Assembly (NCBI GenBank): GCA_963592505.1
Contig: CAVAXH010000001.1
Coordinates: forward strand, 1-63,270
DNA length: 63,270 nt
Reading direction: 5' to 3'
Origin: Bacteroidaceae bacterium
GTDB taxonomy: Bacteria > Bacteroidota > Bacteroidia > Bacteroidales > Bacteroidaceae
In this document: positions 36,947 through 47,416 of the stretch, in pieces
How positions within the stretch are numbered: the first letter of the stretch is position 1
Layout of the letters: every line of letters begins with the position of its first letter
The notes under the pieces: generated by a model
What the model was told of the DNA's origin: nothing
The model's input: only the letters and a program-made list of their open reading frames with translations
Database searches by the model: none
Made by a program: the position numbers and the translations under genes

Positions 36947-37927
36947 CTACAGCAACACCGTCTTGGGGTCACCGGGAAAGCGGAGCGACTCGGGGTGCTG
37001 CTCCGCAAAACTGTTGATGTGGCGCACGCGCTTCTCCTCGAATATCTCGTCGACGGCAATGAGGATGCCGCTCTCCTCCACCTCGCCAAACTCGTGGTTG
37101 ATGGCCGTCCCGAAGAATTTCATGGTGGGCGACAGGTTCATGTAGGCATTGACCAGCGGCGGTATGTTGTAGCCCAACTGCCGCACATGGCGGTTGAGGA
37201 TGCGGTAGTCTTTCTTGAAGTCGTCTTCGCAGAAAATGGCCTTCAGCTCATCCACCGGAGTCTCCAAAATCACCGGTTCCATCGGTGTGACGAGCCCATC
37301 GCGGTCGCCGAAATGCTTCTGCAGGAAATAGAGTATCATGTCGCGGCACCGGCGGTGGAACGAGGGGTACATCGTCATCTTGCCGAGAAAATACTTGCAG
37401 CGCGGATTGATGACCGTCAGGGCGCCCAGTCCGTCCCAGAGGTTGTCGAGCGCAAAGATCGACTTGGTGTTCTTGCGCACGTTCTGGTATTCGACCGACA
37501 CAAACGAGCGGCCGAGCTCCACGGTGTAGGGAGCATAGTCGTTCATAAACTCATCGGAGAAGTGGAACATGTGCGCCATGGCCACCTGCGGCTGCCGGTC
37601 GGCATTGATCTTCCAGTTGTCGCAGAACAGATAGCGGTAGCCGCCGATGATCTCCTCAGCCTCGGGGTTCCAGACGATGAGCTGGCGGCATCCGTCGTCC
37701 ATGGTGTCGAACTCGTCGATGTCTACCGACTTGCCGGTGCCGCCTCCTGCCGTGCGGAAAGCGATCTCGCGCAACCGCCCTATCTCGCGCATCACATGGG
37801 GCGAGTCGCTGGCAGTAACCACATAAATCTCGTTGTGACTCTTGTTCGTCGTGCGCAGACGGCGCTCAAGGGTCAGTTCGGCCTTTAGCAGGTCCTTGCT
37901 TACCGGCTGACAAATCTCTTCTTCCAT
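36947..37927 (-). CDS. GNAT/OlsB-like N-acyltransferase (GlsB/ChoA/HlyA-like amino-lipid synthase)
   Basis: EIGRLREIAFR..GGG, DIDEFD, IIGGYR, ELGRSFV, LWDGL, IPPLVNAY. Confidence 0.85.
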   Translation of the reverse strand: MEEEICQPVSKDLLKAELTLERRLRTTNKSHNEIYVVTASDSPHVMREIGRLREIAFRTAGGGTGKSVDIDEFDTMDDGCRQLIVWNPEAEEIIGGYRYLFCDNWKINADRQPQVAMAHMFHFSDEFMNDYAPYTVELGRSFVSVEYQNVRKNTKSIFALDNLWDGLGALTVINPRCKYFLGKMTMYPSFHRRCRDMILYFLQKHFGDRDGLVTPMEPVILETPVDELKAIFCEDDFKKDYRILNRHVRQLGYNIPPLVNAYMNLSPTMKFFGTAINHEFGEVEESGILIAVDEIFEEKRVRHINSFAEQHPESLRFPGDPKTVLL

Positions 37928-37946
37928 TATCGTTGTTTATACGGGC

Positions 37947-38789
37947 CTACTCACCTCGCTCAGAGGCCGGCCCTGCTTGTTCGTAAACCTTGTCTTCCAC
38001 AAATTGTGCCCATTCCACCGGTGTCCGGCTCTTGTCGAACGTCTGCCAGGGGATGGGCTTGCCGATGACCACCCGGAAGTCTTTTCCCACGTTCTCGTAC
38101 ATCTCGTCGACGAGGAAGAGCATGGCGATGTTGATCTTCAGGCCCAGCTTCTTCTGCCAGCGGGCTATGCGGTAGAAGCGGTCGGAGTTGCGCCCGCTGA
38201 AATAGATGGGCACCACGTCGCGCTGGTACTCCACGCTCTTGGTGATAAACGTCTTCTTCCACGGCAGGTCGTGTATCTTGCCGTTCTCCATGCGCGAGTT
38301 GAGGCCGGCGGGGAACATCAGCATGTGGTTGTCGCTCTGGAAACCGGCCTCCACCATGCGCGGGAAGTCGCGGCTCTGCTTGCCGGTCTTGTTGATGCCG
38401 ATGCTCACGGGGCGCAGACCGGGGAGCGACAGCAGCAGGTCGTTGACGAGATAGCGGAAGCGCCCGTCATAGTGGCGCCCGATGATGGAGCCCAGGCACA
38501 CGCCGTCCTCACCGCCCAGCGGATGGTTCGACACGAAGGTGTAGAGCCGACCGTCGTTCTTGTCGGGCAGGTTCTCCTCGCCCTCAATGGTGACGTTCAT
38601 CTTCAGATATTTCACACACTCGGTGAGCCACTCGGTGCCGGTCTTGTCGCGGCTCTCCCAAAGGAAGCGGTTCACCTCGTCCTCGTGCACGATGCGCTTG
38701 AGCCACCCCACCACAAAACGGGGCACCCATTTGGCCTTGTCGCCCATCTTGCCGCGGAGTATCTTGTCTATATCGATGGTTTTCTCCAT
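37947..38789 (-). CDS. PlsC-like O-acyltransferase (GlsA/ChoB/HlyB-like)
   Basis: SNHPLGGEDG, MFPAG, WKKTF, VVPIYFSGRNS. Confidence 0.85.
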   Translation of the reverse strand: MEKTIDIDKILRGKMGDKAKWVPRFVVGWLKRIVHEDEVNRFLWESRDKTGTEWLTECVKYLKMNVTIEGEENLPDKNDGRLYTFVSNHPLGGEDGVCLGSIIGRHYDGRFRYLVNDLLLSLPGLRPVSIGINKTGKQSRDFPRMVEAGFQSDNHMLMFPAGLNSRMENGKIHDLPWKKTFITKSVEYQRDVVPIYFSGRNSDRFYRIARWQKKLGLKINIAMLFLVDEMYENVGKDFRVVIGKPIPWQTFDKSRTPVEWAQFVEDKVYEQAGPASERGE

Positions 38790-38990
38790 GCTTTCGCTTA
38801 TCTGCCTGTTTTAGCTAATATTCTGCAAAAATAACAATTCTTTTTCTAATCCGTTTCCTTTTTATGCAAAAATTCATTTTTTCTTCACATCAGCGCCCAA
38901 AACGGCATGCCGACACCGCGCCCCGCAGCACCCGCGGCACACGGCAGAAACTGCCCGAGGTCATAAAATGAGGCGAAAAAATAAAATTTG

Positions 38991-39032
38991 TGGGGAGAAG
39001 TGGGGCGGAATGGGGAATTTTGTGTAACTTTG
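38991..39032 (+). promoter_or_regulatory. dcw promoter with three MraZ-type TGGGG boxes
   Basis: TGGGG at 38991, 39001, 39011 (exact 10-bp spacing), then -7 element TAACTTTG at 39025-39032. Confidence 0.8.
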
Positions 39033-39059
39033 AAGCCCAATCCCAATAAATAAGAACAC

Positions 39060-39533
39060 ATGCGGTTTTTAGGCAACATCGAGGCACGTACAGACACCAA
39101 GGGGCGGGCATTCCTCCCCTCGGCATTCCGCAAGGTGCTCCTGGCATCAGGCGAGGAGAACCTGGTGCTGCGGCAGGACATCTTCGAGAAATGCCTCGTG
39201 ATATACCCCGAGAGCGTCTGGAACCGCGAGATGGACGAGATGCGCGCGCGCCTCTCGCGCTGGGACCGACGCCAGCAGATGGTCTACCGCAGTTTTGTGA
39301 GCGGCGTGACCAACATCTCCGTCGACGCCAACGGCCGCATACTGCTGCCCAAGGCATTCATGGAGACAGCTGGCATCAGGCAGGACATACGCTTCGTGGG
39401 CATGGGCGACACCATAGAGGTGTGGGCCAACGAGCCCGGCTCATCGCCCTTCATGGACGACGAGGCGTTTGGCCAGGCCCTCGAAGATATGATGGGCGGC
39501 ACCGACAACAGGGAGACCGCCAACGGACACTAA
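39060..39533 (+). CDS. mraZ: Division/cell wall cluster repressor MraZ
   Basis: Two DxxGR motifs (DTKGR, DANGR), GMGDTIEVW. Confidence 0.96.
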   Translation: MRFLGNIEARTDTKGRAFLPSAFRKVLLASGEENLVLRQDIFEKCLVIYPESVWNREMDEMRARLSRWDRRQQMVYRSFVSGVTNISVDANGRILLPKAFMETAGIRQDIRFVGMGDTIEVWANEPGSSPFMDDEAFGQALEDMMGGTDNRETANGH

Positions 39534-39562
39534 CACACACCTACACACACTGAGCGACAGAC

Positions 39563-40504
39563 ATGGTAAAGACTGCAGAGACATACCACGTGCCCGTGCT
39601 GCTGAAAGACAGCGTCGACGGGCTCGACATACGCCCCGACGGCACCTATGTGGACGTGACCTTCGGCGGAGGCGGACACTCGCGCGAGATCCTCGCGCGG
39701 CTGGGCAAGGGTGGCCGCCTGTTCGGATTCGACCAGGATGCCGATGCCGAGCAGAACGCTGCATCGCTCCTTGGCACCGACGATGCCGCCGGCCGGGGCG
39801 ACTTTGTCTTTGTGCGCTCAAACTTCCGCTACCTGAAAAACTGGATGCGCTATCACGGCGTGGACCACATCGACGGGCTGCTGGGCGACCTCGGCGTGTC
39901 GAGCCACCACTTCGACGATGAGAGCCGCGGCTTCTCGTTTCGGTTTGACGCACCGCTCGACATGCGCATGAACAAACGGGCCGGCAAGACTGCCGCCGAC
40001 ATCGTGAACGAATACGACGAGGCGCGACTGGCCGACGTGCTCTACCTCTACGGCGAACTGCGCACCTCGCGGCGGATAGCCGCCGCACTGGTGAAGGCAC
40101 GCCAGCAGCACCCCATCGCCACCACCAGCGACCTGACGGCGGCCGTGGAGCCCTTCTTCCGCCGCGACCGCGAGAAGAAAGACCTGGCACGCCTGTTCCA
40201 GGCGCTGCGCATAGAGGTCAACCACGAGATGGATGCCCTGCGCGAGATGCTGGCGGCTGCCACCGAACTGCTGGCGCCGGGCGGACGACTGAGCATCATC
40301 ACCTACCACTCGCTCGAAGACCGCATCGTGAAGAACGTGATGAAGACCGGACGGGCCGACGGCAAGGTGGAGCAAGACTTCTTCGGACGCGTGGAGAGCC
40401 CTTACCGCATGGTGACATCGAAGGTCATCGTGCCCACCGACGAGGAACAACAGGAAAACCCACGGAGCCGCAGCGCCAAACTCAGAATAGCAGAGAAGAA
40501 ATGA
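39563..40504 (+). CDS. rsmH: 16S rRNA m4C1402 methyltransferase
   Basis: HVPVLL, DVTFGGGGHS, DLGVSS, LDMRM, FQALRIEVN, NPRSRSAKLR. Confidence 0.98.
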   Translation: MVKTAETYHVPVLLKDSVDGLDIRPDGTYVDVTFGGGGHSREILARLGKGGRLFGFDQDADAEQNAASLLGTDDAAGRGDFVFVRSNFRYLKNWMRYHGVDHIDGLLGDLGVSSHHFDDESRGFSFRFDAPLDMRMNKRAGKTAADIVNEYDEARLADVLYLYGELRTSRRIAAALVKARQQHPIATTSDLTAAVEPFFRRDREKKDLARLFQALRIEVNHEMDALREMLAAATELLAPGGRLSIITYHSLEDRIVKNVMKTGRADGKVEQDFFGRVESPYRMVTSKVIVPTDEEQQENPRSRSAKLRIAEKK

Positions 40505-40977
40505 CCGAGAACAAGAACAACACAGCTGAAGAACGTCAGCCGAAGGCCACACCGGCCACCGGTGGGCAGCCCGAGGGCGCCAAAGAGGAGGAACTGTCGC
40601 TGCAGGCCGTCATCGAGAAGACTGCCACCGAGGAGGAGGCGCCACAGTCGAGCATGTTCTCGCTGCGCAAGATCCTTGGCGGCGACATACTCAGTGCGGC
40701 CATCATACGCCGGCAGGTGTGGCTCATACTGCTCATCGCCGTCTTCATGGTGATCTATGTGTCGAACCGCTATGCCTGCCAGAAAGACATCATCGAGATC
40801 GACAGGCTGCGCCAGCAGCTCACCGATGCCAAATACAAGGCGCTCAGCAGCCAGAGCGAACTGACCGAGATGAGCCGCGAGAGCAATGTGCTCGAGATGC
40901 TGAAAACCAACAAGGACAGCACGCTAAAGATTGCCAGCCAGCCTCCTTATTATATAGAAATACCCAACGAAAGATAA
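40501..40977 (+). CDS. ftsL: FtsL-like cell division protein
   Basis: Single TM plus coiled coil; sits between rsmH and ftsI with an ATGA overlap. Confidence 0.8.
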   Translation: MTENKNNTAEERQPKATPATGGQPEGAKEEELSLQAVIEKTATEEEAPQSSMFSLRKILGGDILSAAIIRRQVWLILLIAVFMVIYVSNRYACQKDIIEIDRLRQQLTDAKYKALSSQSELTEMSRESNVLEMLKTNKDSTLKIASQPPYYIEIPNER

Positions 40978-40983
40978 TCTGCC

Positions 40984-43149
40984 ATGAGCAAACTAAGCCA
41001 TAAAAAGGTTGCACAGCGCTACTCCGTCATCGTGGCCATGCTGACACTGGTAGCACTCGGCGTGCTCATCAAGGCAGGCTACATCATGACCGTGCAGCGA
41101 TCCTACTGGGAGCAGGTGGCCAAGCGCGAGACGCGAGACAGCGTGCCCGTGCCATCGCAGCGCGGCAACATCCTCAGCGACGACGGACAGCTGCTGGCAT
41201 CGTCGCTGCCCGAGTTTAAGCTCTACATGGACTTCGGACAACTGCACGAGACCAACCGCGACTCGCTGTGGGAGGTGAAGCTCGACAGCATCTGCCAGGG
41301 ACTGCACAACATCTTCCCCGAGAAGACCGCCGAGGACTTCAAGGCGCACCTCGAGAAAGGACGGCGCGAGGGCAAGCGCTACTATGCCATCTGGCCCAAG
41401 CGCGTGAACTACAACACCTACTCGGAGGTGAAGCAGCTGCCGGTGTTCAACATCAAGAGCAAGAACAGCCCCTTCATAGCCCAGGAGCTGCAGTCGCGCA
41501 CACGCCCCTACGGCAACATGGCGGCACGCACCATCGGCATGATGTTCAACGAGAAAGACATGGGACGCACGCCGCGCTGCGGTCTGGAGTTCTCCTACGA
41601 CTCGCTGCTGCGCGGCACCGACGGACTGAAAAACCGCCGCAAGGTGCTCAGCAAGTACATGGACATCATACAGCGCGAGCCCGTGGAGGGTGCCGACATC
41701 ATGACCACCATCAACGTCGGCATGCAGGACCTGGCCGAACGGGCCCTGATGAAGAAACTACATGAGATCGACGCCGAGGTGGGCGTGGCCATCGTCATGG
41801 AGGTGAAAACGGGCGACGTGAAGGCCATCGTCAACCTGGAGCGCTGCGTCGACGGCAAGTTCCGTGAGATACAGAACCATGCCGTCACCGACCTGGTGGA
41901 GCCCGGCTCGGTCTTCAAGACGGCATCGGTGATGACGATGCTCGAGGACGGCGTCTGCGACACCACGTTCACCATTCCCACCGGCAACGGTGTGTGGCAC
42001 GTCTACGGGCGCGACATGAAGGACAGCCACTGGCGCACGGGCGGCTCGGGCACCATATCGCTGGGACGCGCCATGGAGCTGAGCTCAAACATCGGCATCA
42101 GCTACACCGCCGACAAGTTCTACCACAACGACCCCGAGAAGTTTGTGCGCGGCATATGGCGCACCGGCATCAACGATCCCAACATCAGCATCCCCATACA
42201 GGGACATGCGCGTCCGCAGGTGAGAATGCCCAAGAAATACCCCAACGGCCAGTGGCGCAACTGGAGCAAGACGGCGCTGCTCTGGATGAGCATAGGCTAC
42301 GAGACGCAGATACCGCCCATCTACACGCTGACCTTCTACAACGCCATCGCCAACAACGGACGCATGATGCAGCCGCGCTTCGTGAAGGCCACCGTGAAGG
42401 GCGGCGACACGCTGACGGCCTATCCGCCGCAGGTGGTCAAGGGGCGCGAACAGATAGCCTCGGAGAAGACCATAAAGATCATGCAGGACCTGCTGCACCG
42501 CGTGGCAAAGAACGGCACGGGAAAGAAGGCCGACAGCCCCAACTTCTGGGTGTGCGGCAAGACGGGTACGGCCATGATCGCCAAGAACGGCTCCTACAAG
42601 GGCGTGCCCAACCACCTGCTGTCGTTTGCCGGATGGTTTGGCGAGAAAGACAAGCCCTACTACAGCTGCATCGTCTGCATACAGAAGCAGGGACTGCCTG
42701 CCTACGGATGGATGAGCGGCGAGGTGTTCAAGGAGATCGCCGAGGGCATCATGGCGAAGTATGTGAGATACGACATCAGCGACGCACGCGACTCGGCCTC
42801 CCACTTCATCCCCGACGTGAAGAACGGCAACCTCTTCTCGGCACAGCAGGTGCTGGAGCTGCTGGGCATCAGCTCATCGGCCAACTATGCCACACCGGCC
42901 ACGCAGAACGTCATGGTGTGGGGCTCGGCCAAAGACAGCGGCAAGAGCGTCGCGCTGAAGAAGGAGCGGCAGTATGGCCGGCAGCACATCCCCAACGTCA
43001 TGGGCATGGGCGCACGCGACGCCGTCTACCTCATAGAGAGCCGGGGCGTGAGGTGCATCGTGAAGGGCCGCGGCAAGGTCACGGGGCAGAGCCTCGAGCC
43101 CGGCCACTACATCAAGAAGGGCGACGTGTGCACGCTGACTCTGGAATAA
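40984..43149 (+). CDS. ftsI: Class B PBP transpeptidase with C-terminal PASTA domain
   Basis: RGNI, GLE, SVFK (SxxK), SSN, KTG motifs. Confidence 0.93.
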   Translation: MSKLSHKKVAQRYSVIVAMLTLVALGVLIKAGYIMTVQRSYWEQVAKRETRDSVPVPSQRGNILSDDGQLLASSLPEFKLYMDFGQLHETNRDSLWEVKLDSICQGLHNIFPEKTAEDFKAHLEKGRREGKRYYAIWPKRVNYNTYSEVKQLPVFNIKSKNSPFIAQELQSRTRPYGNMAARTIGMMFNEKDMGRTPRCGLEFSYDSLLRGTDGLKNRRKVLSKYMDIIQREPVEGADIMTTINVGMQDLAERALMKKLHEIDAEVGVAIVMEVKTGDVKAIVNLERCVDGKFREIQNHAVTDLVEPGSVFKTASVMTMLEDGVCDTTFTIPTGNGVWHVYGRDMKDSHWRTGGSGTISLGRAMELSSNIGISYTADKFYHNDPEKFVRGIWRTGINDPNISIPIQGHARPQVRMPKKYPNGQWRNWSKTALLWMSIGYETQIPPIYTLTFYNAIANNGRMMQPRFVKATVKGGDTLTAYPPQVVKGREQIASEKTIKIMQDLLHRVAKNGTGKKADSPNFWVCGKTGTAMIAKNGSYKGVPNHLLSFAGWFGEKDKPYYSCIVCIQKQGLPAYGWMSGEVFKEIAEGIMAKYVRYDISDARDSASHFIPDVKNGNLFSAQQVLELLGISSSANYATPATQNVMVWGSAKDSGKSVALKKERQYGRQHIPNVMGMGARDAVYLIESRGVRCIVKGRGKVTGQSLEPGHYIKKGDVCTLTLE

Positions 43150-43171
43150 CAACAATAACAGCATAAGAATC

Positions 43172-44623
43172 ATGAAACTGCAAGAACTGTTGAAGAACAC
43201 CAAGCCGCTGGCTGTTGCCGGCGACATGGAGCAAGACATCACGGGAGTCGACATCGACTCGAGAAAAGTGAAAGACGGACACCTGTTCATCGCCATGAAG
43301 GGCACACAGGTGGACGGACACCAGTTCATACCGAAGGCTGTGGCGCTCGGCGCCAAGGCCGTCGTGTGCCAGGACATGCCCGAGGAGAAGGCCGACGGCG
43401 TGGCCTACGTGCAGGTGGCCGACACCGAAGAGGAGGCCGGCAAGATCGCCACCCTCTTCCACGGCAACCCCTCGCATCACCTCACGCTGGTCGGCGTGAC
43501 CGGCACCAACGGCAAGACAACCATCGCCACCTTATTATATAATATGTTCCGCAAGATGGGACACAAGTGCGGACTGCTCTCCACCGTCTGCAACTACATC
43601 GAAGACGAGGCCATACCGGCAAGCCACACCACCCCCGACCCCATAGAGCTCAACGAACTGCTGGGGCGCATGGTGGCAGCAGGCTGCGAGTATGCCTTCA
43701 TGGAGTGTTCGAGCCACGCCATCGCACAGAAGCGCATCGGCGGCCTGAAGTTTGCAGGGGGCATCTTCACCAACCTCACCCGCGACCATCTCGACTATCA
43801 CAAGACGTTTGAGAACTACCGCGATGCCAAGAAGGCTTTCTTCGACGGCCTGCCCAAGACAGCCTTCGCCATTACCAATGCCGACGACAAGAACGGCATG
43901 GTGATGGTGCAGAACACCAAGGCGGCCGTCAAGACCTACTCCATACGCCAGATGGCCGACTTCCGGGCACGCATCATCGAGATGCACTTTGCCGGCATGT
44001 ACCTCGACGTCGACGGCCGCGAGGTGGGCGTGCAGTTCATCGGCAAATTCAACGTGAGCAACCTGCTGGCCGTCTACGGCGCAGCACGCATGCTGGGCAA
44101 GGAGGCCGAGGACATCCTGGTGGCACTCTCCACGCTCCACAGCGTCAACGGCCGCCTCGACCCCGTGCAGTCGCCCGACGGCTACACGGCCATCGTGGAC
44201 TATGCCCACACCCCCGACGCCCTGGAGAACGTGCTGTCGTCCATCCACGAGGTGCTGGGCGGCAAGGGCCACATCATCACCGTCTGCGGAGCCGGCGGCA
44301 ACCGCGACCACGGCAAGCGCCCGCTGATGGCGCAGGAGGCCGTGCGCCAGTCGGACAGGGTCATCATCACCAGCGACAACCCGCGTTTCGAGGAGCCGCA
44401 GGCCATCATCGACGACATGCTGGCCGGCCTCAACAAGGAGCAGCTGAAGAAGGTGGTGGCCATCGTCGACCGCAAGGAGGCCATCAAGACGGCCTGCATG
44501 CTGGCACAGAAAGGCGATGTCATCCTGGTGGCCGGCAAAGGCCATGAGGACTATCAGGAGATCAAGGGCGTGAAGCACCACTTCGACGACAAGGAGGTGC
44601 TCCGCGAGATCTTCGGCGCATAA
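43172..44623 (+). CDS. murE: UDP-MurNAc-dipeptide meso-DAP ligase
   Basis: [28 protein letters not shown] (DAP specificity), AGKGHE. Confidence 0.97.
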   Translation: MKLQELLKNTKPLAVAGDMEQDITGVDIDSRKVKDGHLFIAMKGTQVDGHQFIPKAVALGAKAVVCQDMPEEKADGVAYVQVADTEEEAGKIATLFHGNPSHHLTLVGVTGTNGKTTIATLLYNMFRKMGHKCGLLSTVCNYIEDEAIPASHTTPDPIELNELLGRMVAAGCEYAFMECSSHAIAQKRIGGLKFAGGIFTNLTRDHLDYHKTFENYRDAKKAFFDGLPKTAFAITNADDKNGMVMVQNTKAAVKTYSIRQMADFRARIIEMHFAGMYLDVDGREVGVQFIGKFNVSNLLAVYGAARMLGKEAEDILVALSTLHSVNGRLDPVQSPDGYTAIVDYAHTPDALENVLSSIHEVLGGKGHIITVCGAGGNRDHGKRPLMAQEAVRQSDRVIITSDNPRFEEPQAIIDDMLAGLNKEQLKKVVAIVDRKEAIKTACMLAQKGDVILVAGKGHEDYQEIKGVKHHFDDKEVLREIFGA

Positions 44624-44676
44624 GAAAAAGGGGCTGAGGCCCCAGGCTACAATCAACTCTTAAAACATTTCCGAAA

Positions 44677-45948
44677 ATGTTATACTATCTTTTCAGATTC
44701 CTCGAGCAGTTTGGCATCAGCGGCTCCGGCATATGGAGCTACATCTCGTTTCGCGCGCTGCTGGCTCTCATCCTCTCGCTGGCCATATCCTCGTGGTTTG
44801 GCGAGCGTTTCATCAAGTATCTCAAGAGCAAGCAGATCACCGAGACGCAGCGCGACGCCTCCATCGACCCGTTTGGCGTGAAGAAGATCGGCGTGCCGTC
44901 GATGGGCGGCATCATCATCATCGTGGCCATACTCATACCCGTGCTGCTGCTCGGCCGACTGAGAAACATCTATCTGCTGCTGATGATTGTCACCACGCTG
45001 TGGCTGGGATTTCTCGGCGGCATGGACGACTTCATCAAGATCTTCCGCCGCAACAAGGAGGGACTGAAGGGCAAGTACAAGATCGTGGGGCAGGTGTCCA
45101 TCGGCCTCATCGTCGGACTGGTGCTGTGGGCTTCGCCCGACGTGAAGATGAACGAGAACCTCACCACCCAACAGCAAAACACCACGGAGGTGGTGGTGAG
45201 CCACAAGTCGGAGGCACGGAAGTCGCTGAAGACCACCATTCCCTTCGTCAAGAACCACAACCTCGACTATTCGCAGATCATGTCGTTCTGCGGAAAGTAC
45301 AAGACGGCGGCAGGCTGGATCCTCTTTGTGCTGATGACCATCGTCGTGGTGACGGCCGTGAGCAACGGCGCCAACCTCAACGACGGCATGGACGGCATGT
45401 GTGCCGGCAACTCGGCCATCATTGGCGTGGCGCTGGGCATACTGGCTTACGTCAGCTCGCACATGGAGTTTGCCCAGTACCTCAACATCATGTATATCCC
45501 CGACTCGCAGGAGCTGGTGGTGTTCATGTGTGCCTTCGTGGGAGCCCTCATCGGTTTCCTGTGGTATAACGCCTACCCCGCACAGGTGTTCATGGGCGAC
45601 ACCGGTTCGCTCACCATCGGCGGCATCATCGGCGTGGGCGCCATCATCATCCACAAGGAGCTGCTGCTGCCCATCCTCTGCGGCGTGTTCTTCGTGGAGA
45701 GCCTCAGCGTGATCTGCCAGGTGTGGTACTACAAGCTGGGCAAGCGCAAGGGCGTGAAGCAGCGCATCTTCAAGCGCACACCCATACACGACAACTTCCG
45801 CGTGACCGACGACCAGCTCGACCCCGAGTGCACGTATCTCATCAAGTCGCCGCACTCGGCCAAGCACGAGTCGAAGATCACCATCCGCTTCTGGATCATC
45901 ACCATCATCCTCGCCGCACTGACCATCATCACGCTGAAGATCAGATAG
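44677..45948 (+). CDS. mraY: Phospho-MurNAc-pentapeptide transferase
   Basis: PSMGG, MDD, NGANLNDGMDG, VFMGDTGSL, ESLSV. Confidence 0.97.
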   Translation: MLYYLFRFLEQFGISGSGIWSYISFRALLALILSLAISSWFGERFIKYLKSKQITETQRDASIDPFGVKKIGVPSMGGIIIIVAILIPVLLLGRLRNIYLLLMIVTTLWLGFLGGMDDFIKIFRRNKEGLKGKYKIVGQVSIGLIVGLVLWASPDVKMNENLTTQQQNTTEVVVSHKSEARKSLKTTIPFVKNHNLDYSQIMSFCGKYKTAAGWILFVLMTIVVVTAVSNGANLNDGMDGMCAGNSAIIGVALGILAYVSSHMEFAQYLNIMYIPDSQELVVFMCAFVGALIGFLWYNAYPAQVFMGDTGSLTIGGIIGVGAIIIHKELLLPILCGVFFVESLSVICQVWYYKLGKRKGVKQRIFKRTPIHDNFRVTDDQLDPECTYLIKSPHSAKHESKITIRFWIITIILAALTIITLKIR

Positions 45949-46031
45949 ACGGCACGGCATGCCTGCAAGTCTGCAGGCCATGCCTACCACACACCCCACC
46001 CTACAACACCAACAACCGAAGAAAGAAAACC

Positions 46032-47366
46032 ATGAAGAAGAGAATCGTTATATTAGGAGCCGGAGAGAGCGGCGCCGGAGCTGCCGTACTGGCAAAGAAG
46101 GAGGGTTTCGATGTGTTCGTGTCGGACATGTCGAAGATTGCCGACCGCTACAAGCAGATGCTCGACAGCCACGACGTGACATGGGAGGAAGGTCAGCACA
46201 CCGAGCACCTCATCCTCAATGCCGACGAGGTCATCAAGAGCCCGGGCATACCCGCTGAGGCTCCGATGGTGCAGAAGCTCATGGCACAGGGCACACACAT
46301 CATCAGCGAGATAGAGTTTGCCGGACGCTACACCAAGTCGAAGATGATCTGCATCACCGGATCGAACGGCAAGACCACCACCACCTCGCTCATCTACCAC
46401 ATCTTCAAGGCTGCCGGCTACGACGCCGGACTGGCCGGAAACATCGGGCACAGCCTGGCACTGCAGGTGGCCGAAGACCCGCACGACTACTACATCATCG
46501 AGCTGAGCTCGTTCCAGCTCGACAACATGTATGACTTCCGCGCCAACGTGGCCATCCTGCTCAACATCACCCCCGACCACCTCGACCGCTACGGCTTCAA
46601 GTTTGAAAACTATGCTGCCGCCAAGATGCGCATCACGCAGAACCAGACGGCCGAGGACAGCTTCATCTACTGGAACGACGACCCCGTGATCAAGGAGCAG
46701 CTCAAGAAGTATGACATCAAGGCCGTGGCATGCCCGTTCTCCGAACTGAAAGAAGACGGTTCGATCGCATACATCGAGGAGGGACAGTACAAGCTGGAGG
46801 TGCCCACACCGTTCAACATGGAACAGGAGGCGCTGTCGCTCACCGGCAAGCACAACATCTACAACTCGCTGGCGGCAGGTCTGGCCTCAAACATCTCGGG
46901 CATCAGAAAGGAGATCATCCGCAAGAGCCTCAGCGACTTCCCCGGCGTGGAGCACCGCCTGGAGAAGGTGTGCGACGTCAGGGGCGTGCACTATGTGAAC
47001 GACTCGAAGGCCACCAACGTCGACGCCTGCTGGTATGCCCTGGAGAGCATGAAGACGCCCGTGGTGCTCATCATCGGCGGAAAGGACAAGGGCAACGACT
47101 ACAGCGCCATCACCGACCTGGTGAAGAAGAAGTGCCGCGCACTGGTCTATCTCGGTGCCGACAACGCCAAGCTGCACCAGGCTTTCGACGGCCTGGGCAT
47201 CCCCGTGCGCGACACCGACAGCATGAAGGCGTGCGTGGAGGCTTGCTATGACCTGGCCGAGCCGGGCGACACCGTGCTGCTGTCGCCGTGCTGCGCCAGC
47301 TTCGACCTGTTCAAGAACATGGAAGACCGCGGCGAACAGTTCAAGACGCTTGTGAGAAACCTTTAG
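46032..47366 (+). CDS. murD: UDP-MurNAc-L-Ala D-glutamate ligase
   Basis: GAGESG, ITGSNGKTTTT, ELSSFQL, NDSKATN, LLSPCCASFD. Confidence 0.97.
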   Translation: MKKRIVILGAGESGAGAAVLAKKEGFDVFVSDMSKIADRYKQMLDSHDVTWEEGQHTEHLILNADEVIKSPGIPAEAPMVQKLMAQGTHIISEIEFAGRYTKSKMICITGSNGKTTTTSLIYHIFKAAGYDAGLAGNIGHSLALQVAEDPHDYYIIELSSFQLDNMYDFRANVAILLNITPDHLDRYGFKFENYAAAKMRITQNQTAEDSFIYWNDDPVIKEQLKKYDIKAVACPFSELKEDGSIAYIEEGQYKLEVPTPFNMEQEALSLTGKHNIYNSLAAGLASNISGIRKEIIRKSLSDFPGVEHRLEKVCDVRGVHYVNDSKATNVDACWYALESMKTPVVLIIGGKDKGNDYSAITDLVKKKCRALVYLGADNAKLHQAFDGLGIPVRDTDSMKACVEACYDLAEPGDTVLLSPCCASFDLFKNMEDRGEQFKTLVRNL

Positions 47367-47416
47367 TGTCAGAAGGGACGGCCACATACAGGCCATAAAG
47401 AAGTGGAACCGACGAA

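Noticed and set aside
35719..37927. Hemolysin virulence island
   Set aside because: HlyIII/PAQR and the GNAT 'hemolysin' are better explained as membrane and lipid metabolism proteins; no island features
43172..45948. Absence of murF and ddl from the dcw cluster
   Set aside because: Consistent with the usual Bacteroidales arrangement as I know it; ddl is at 5490-6488
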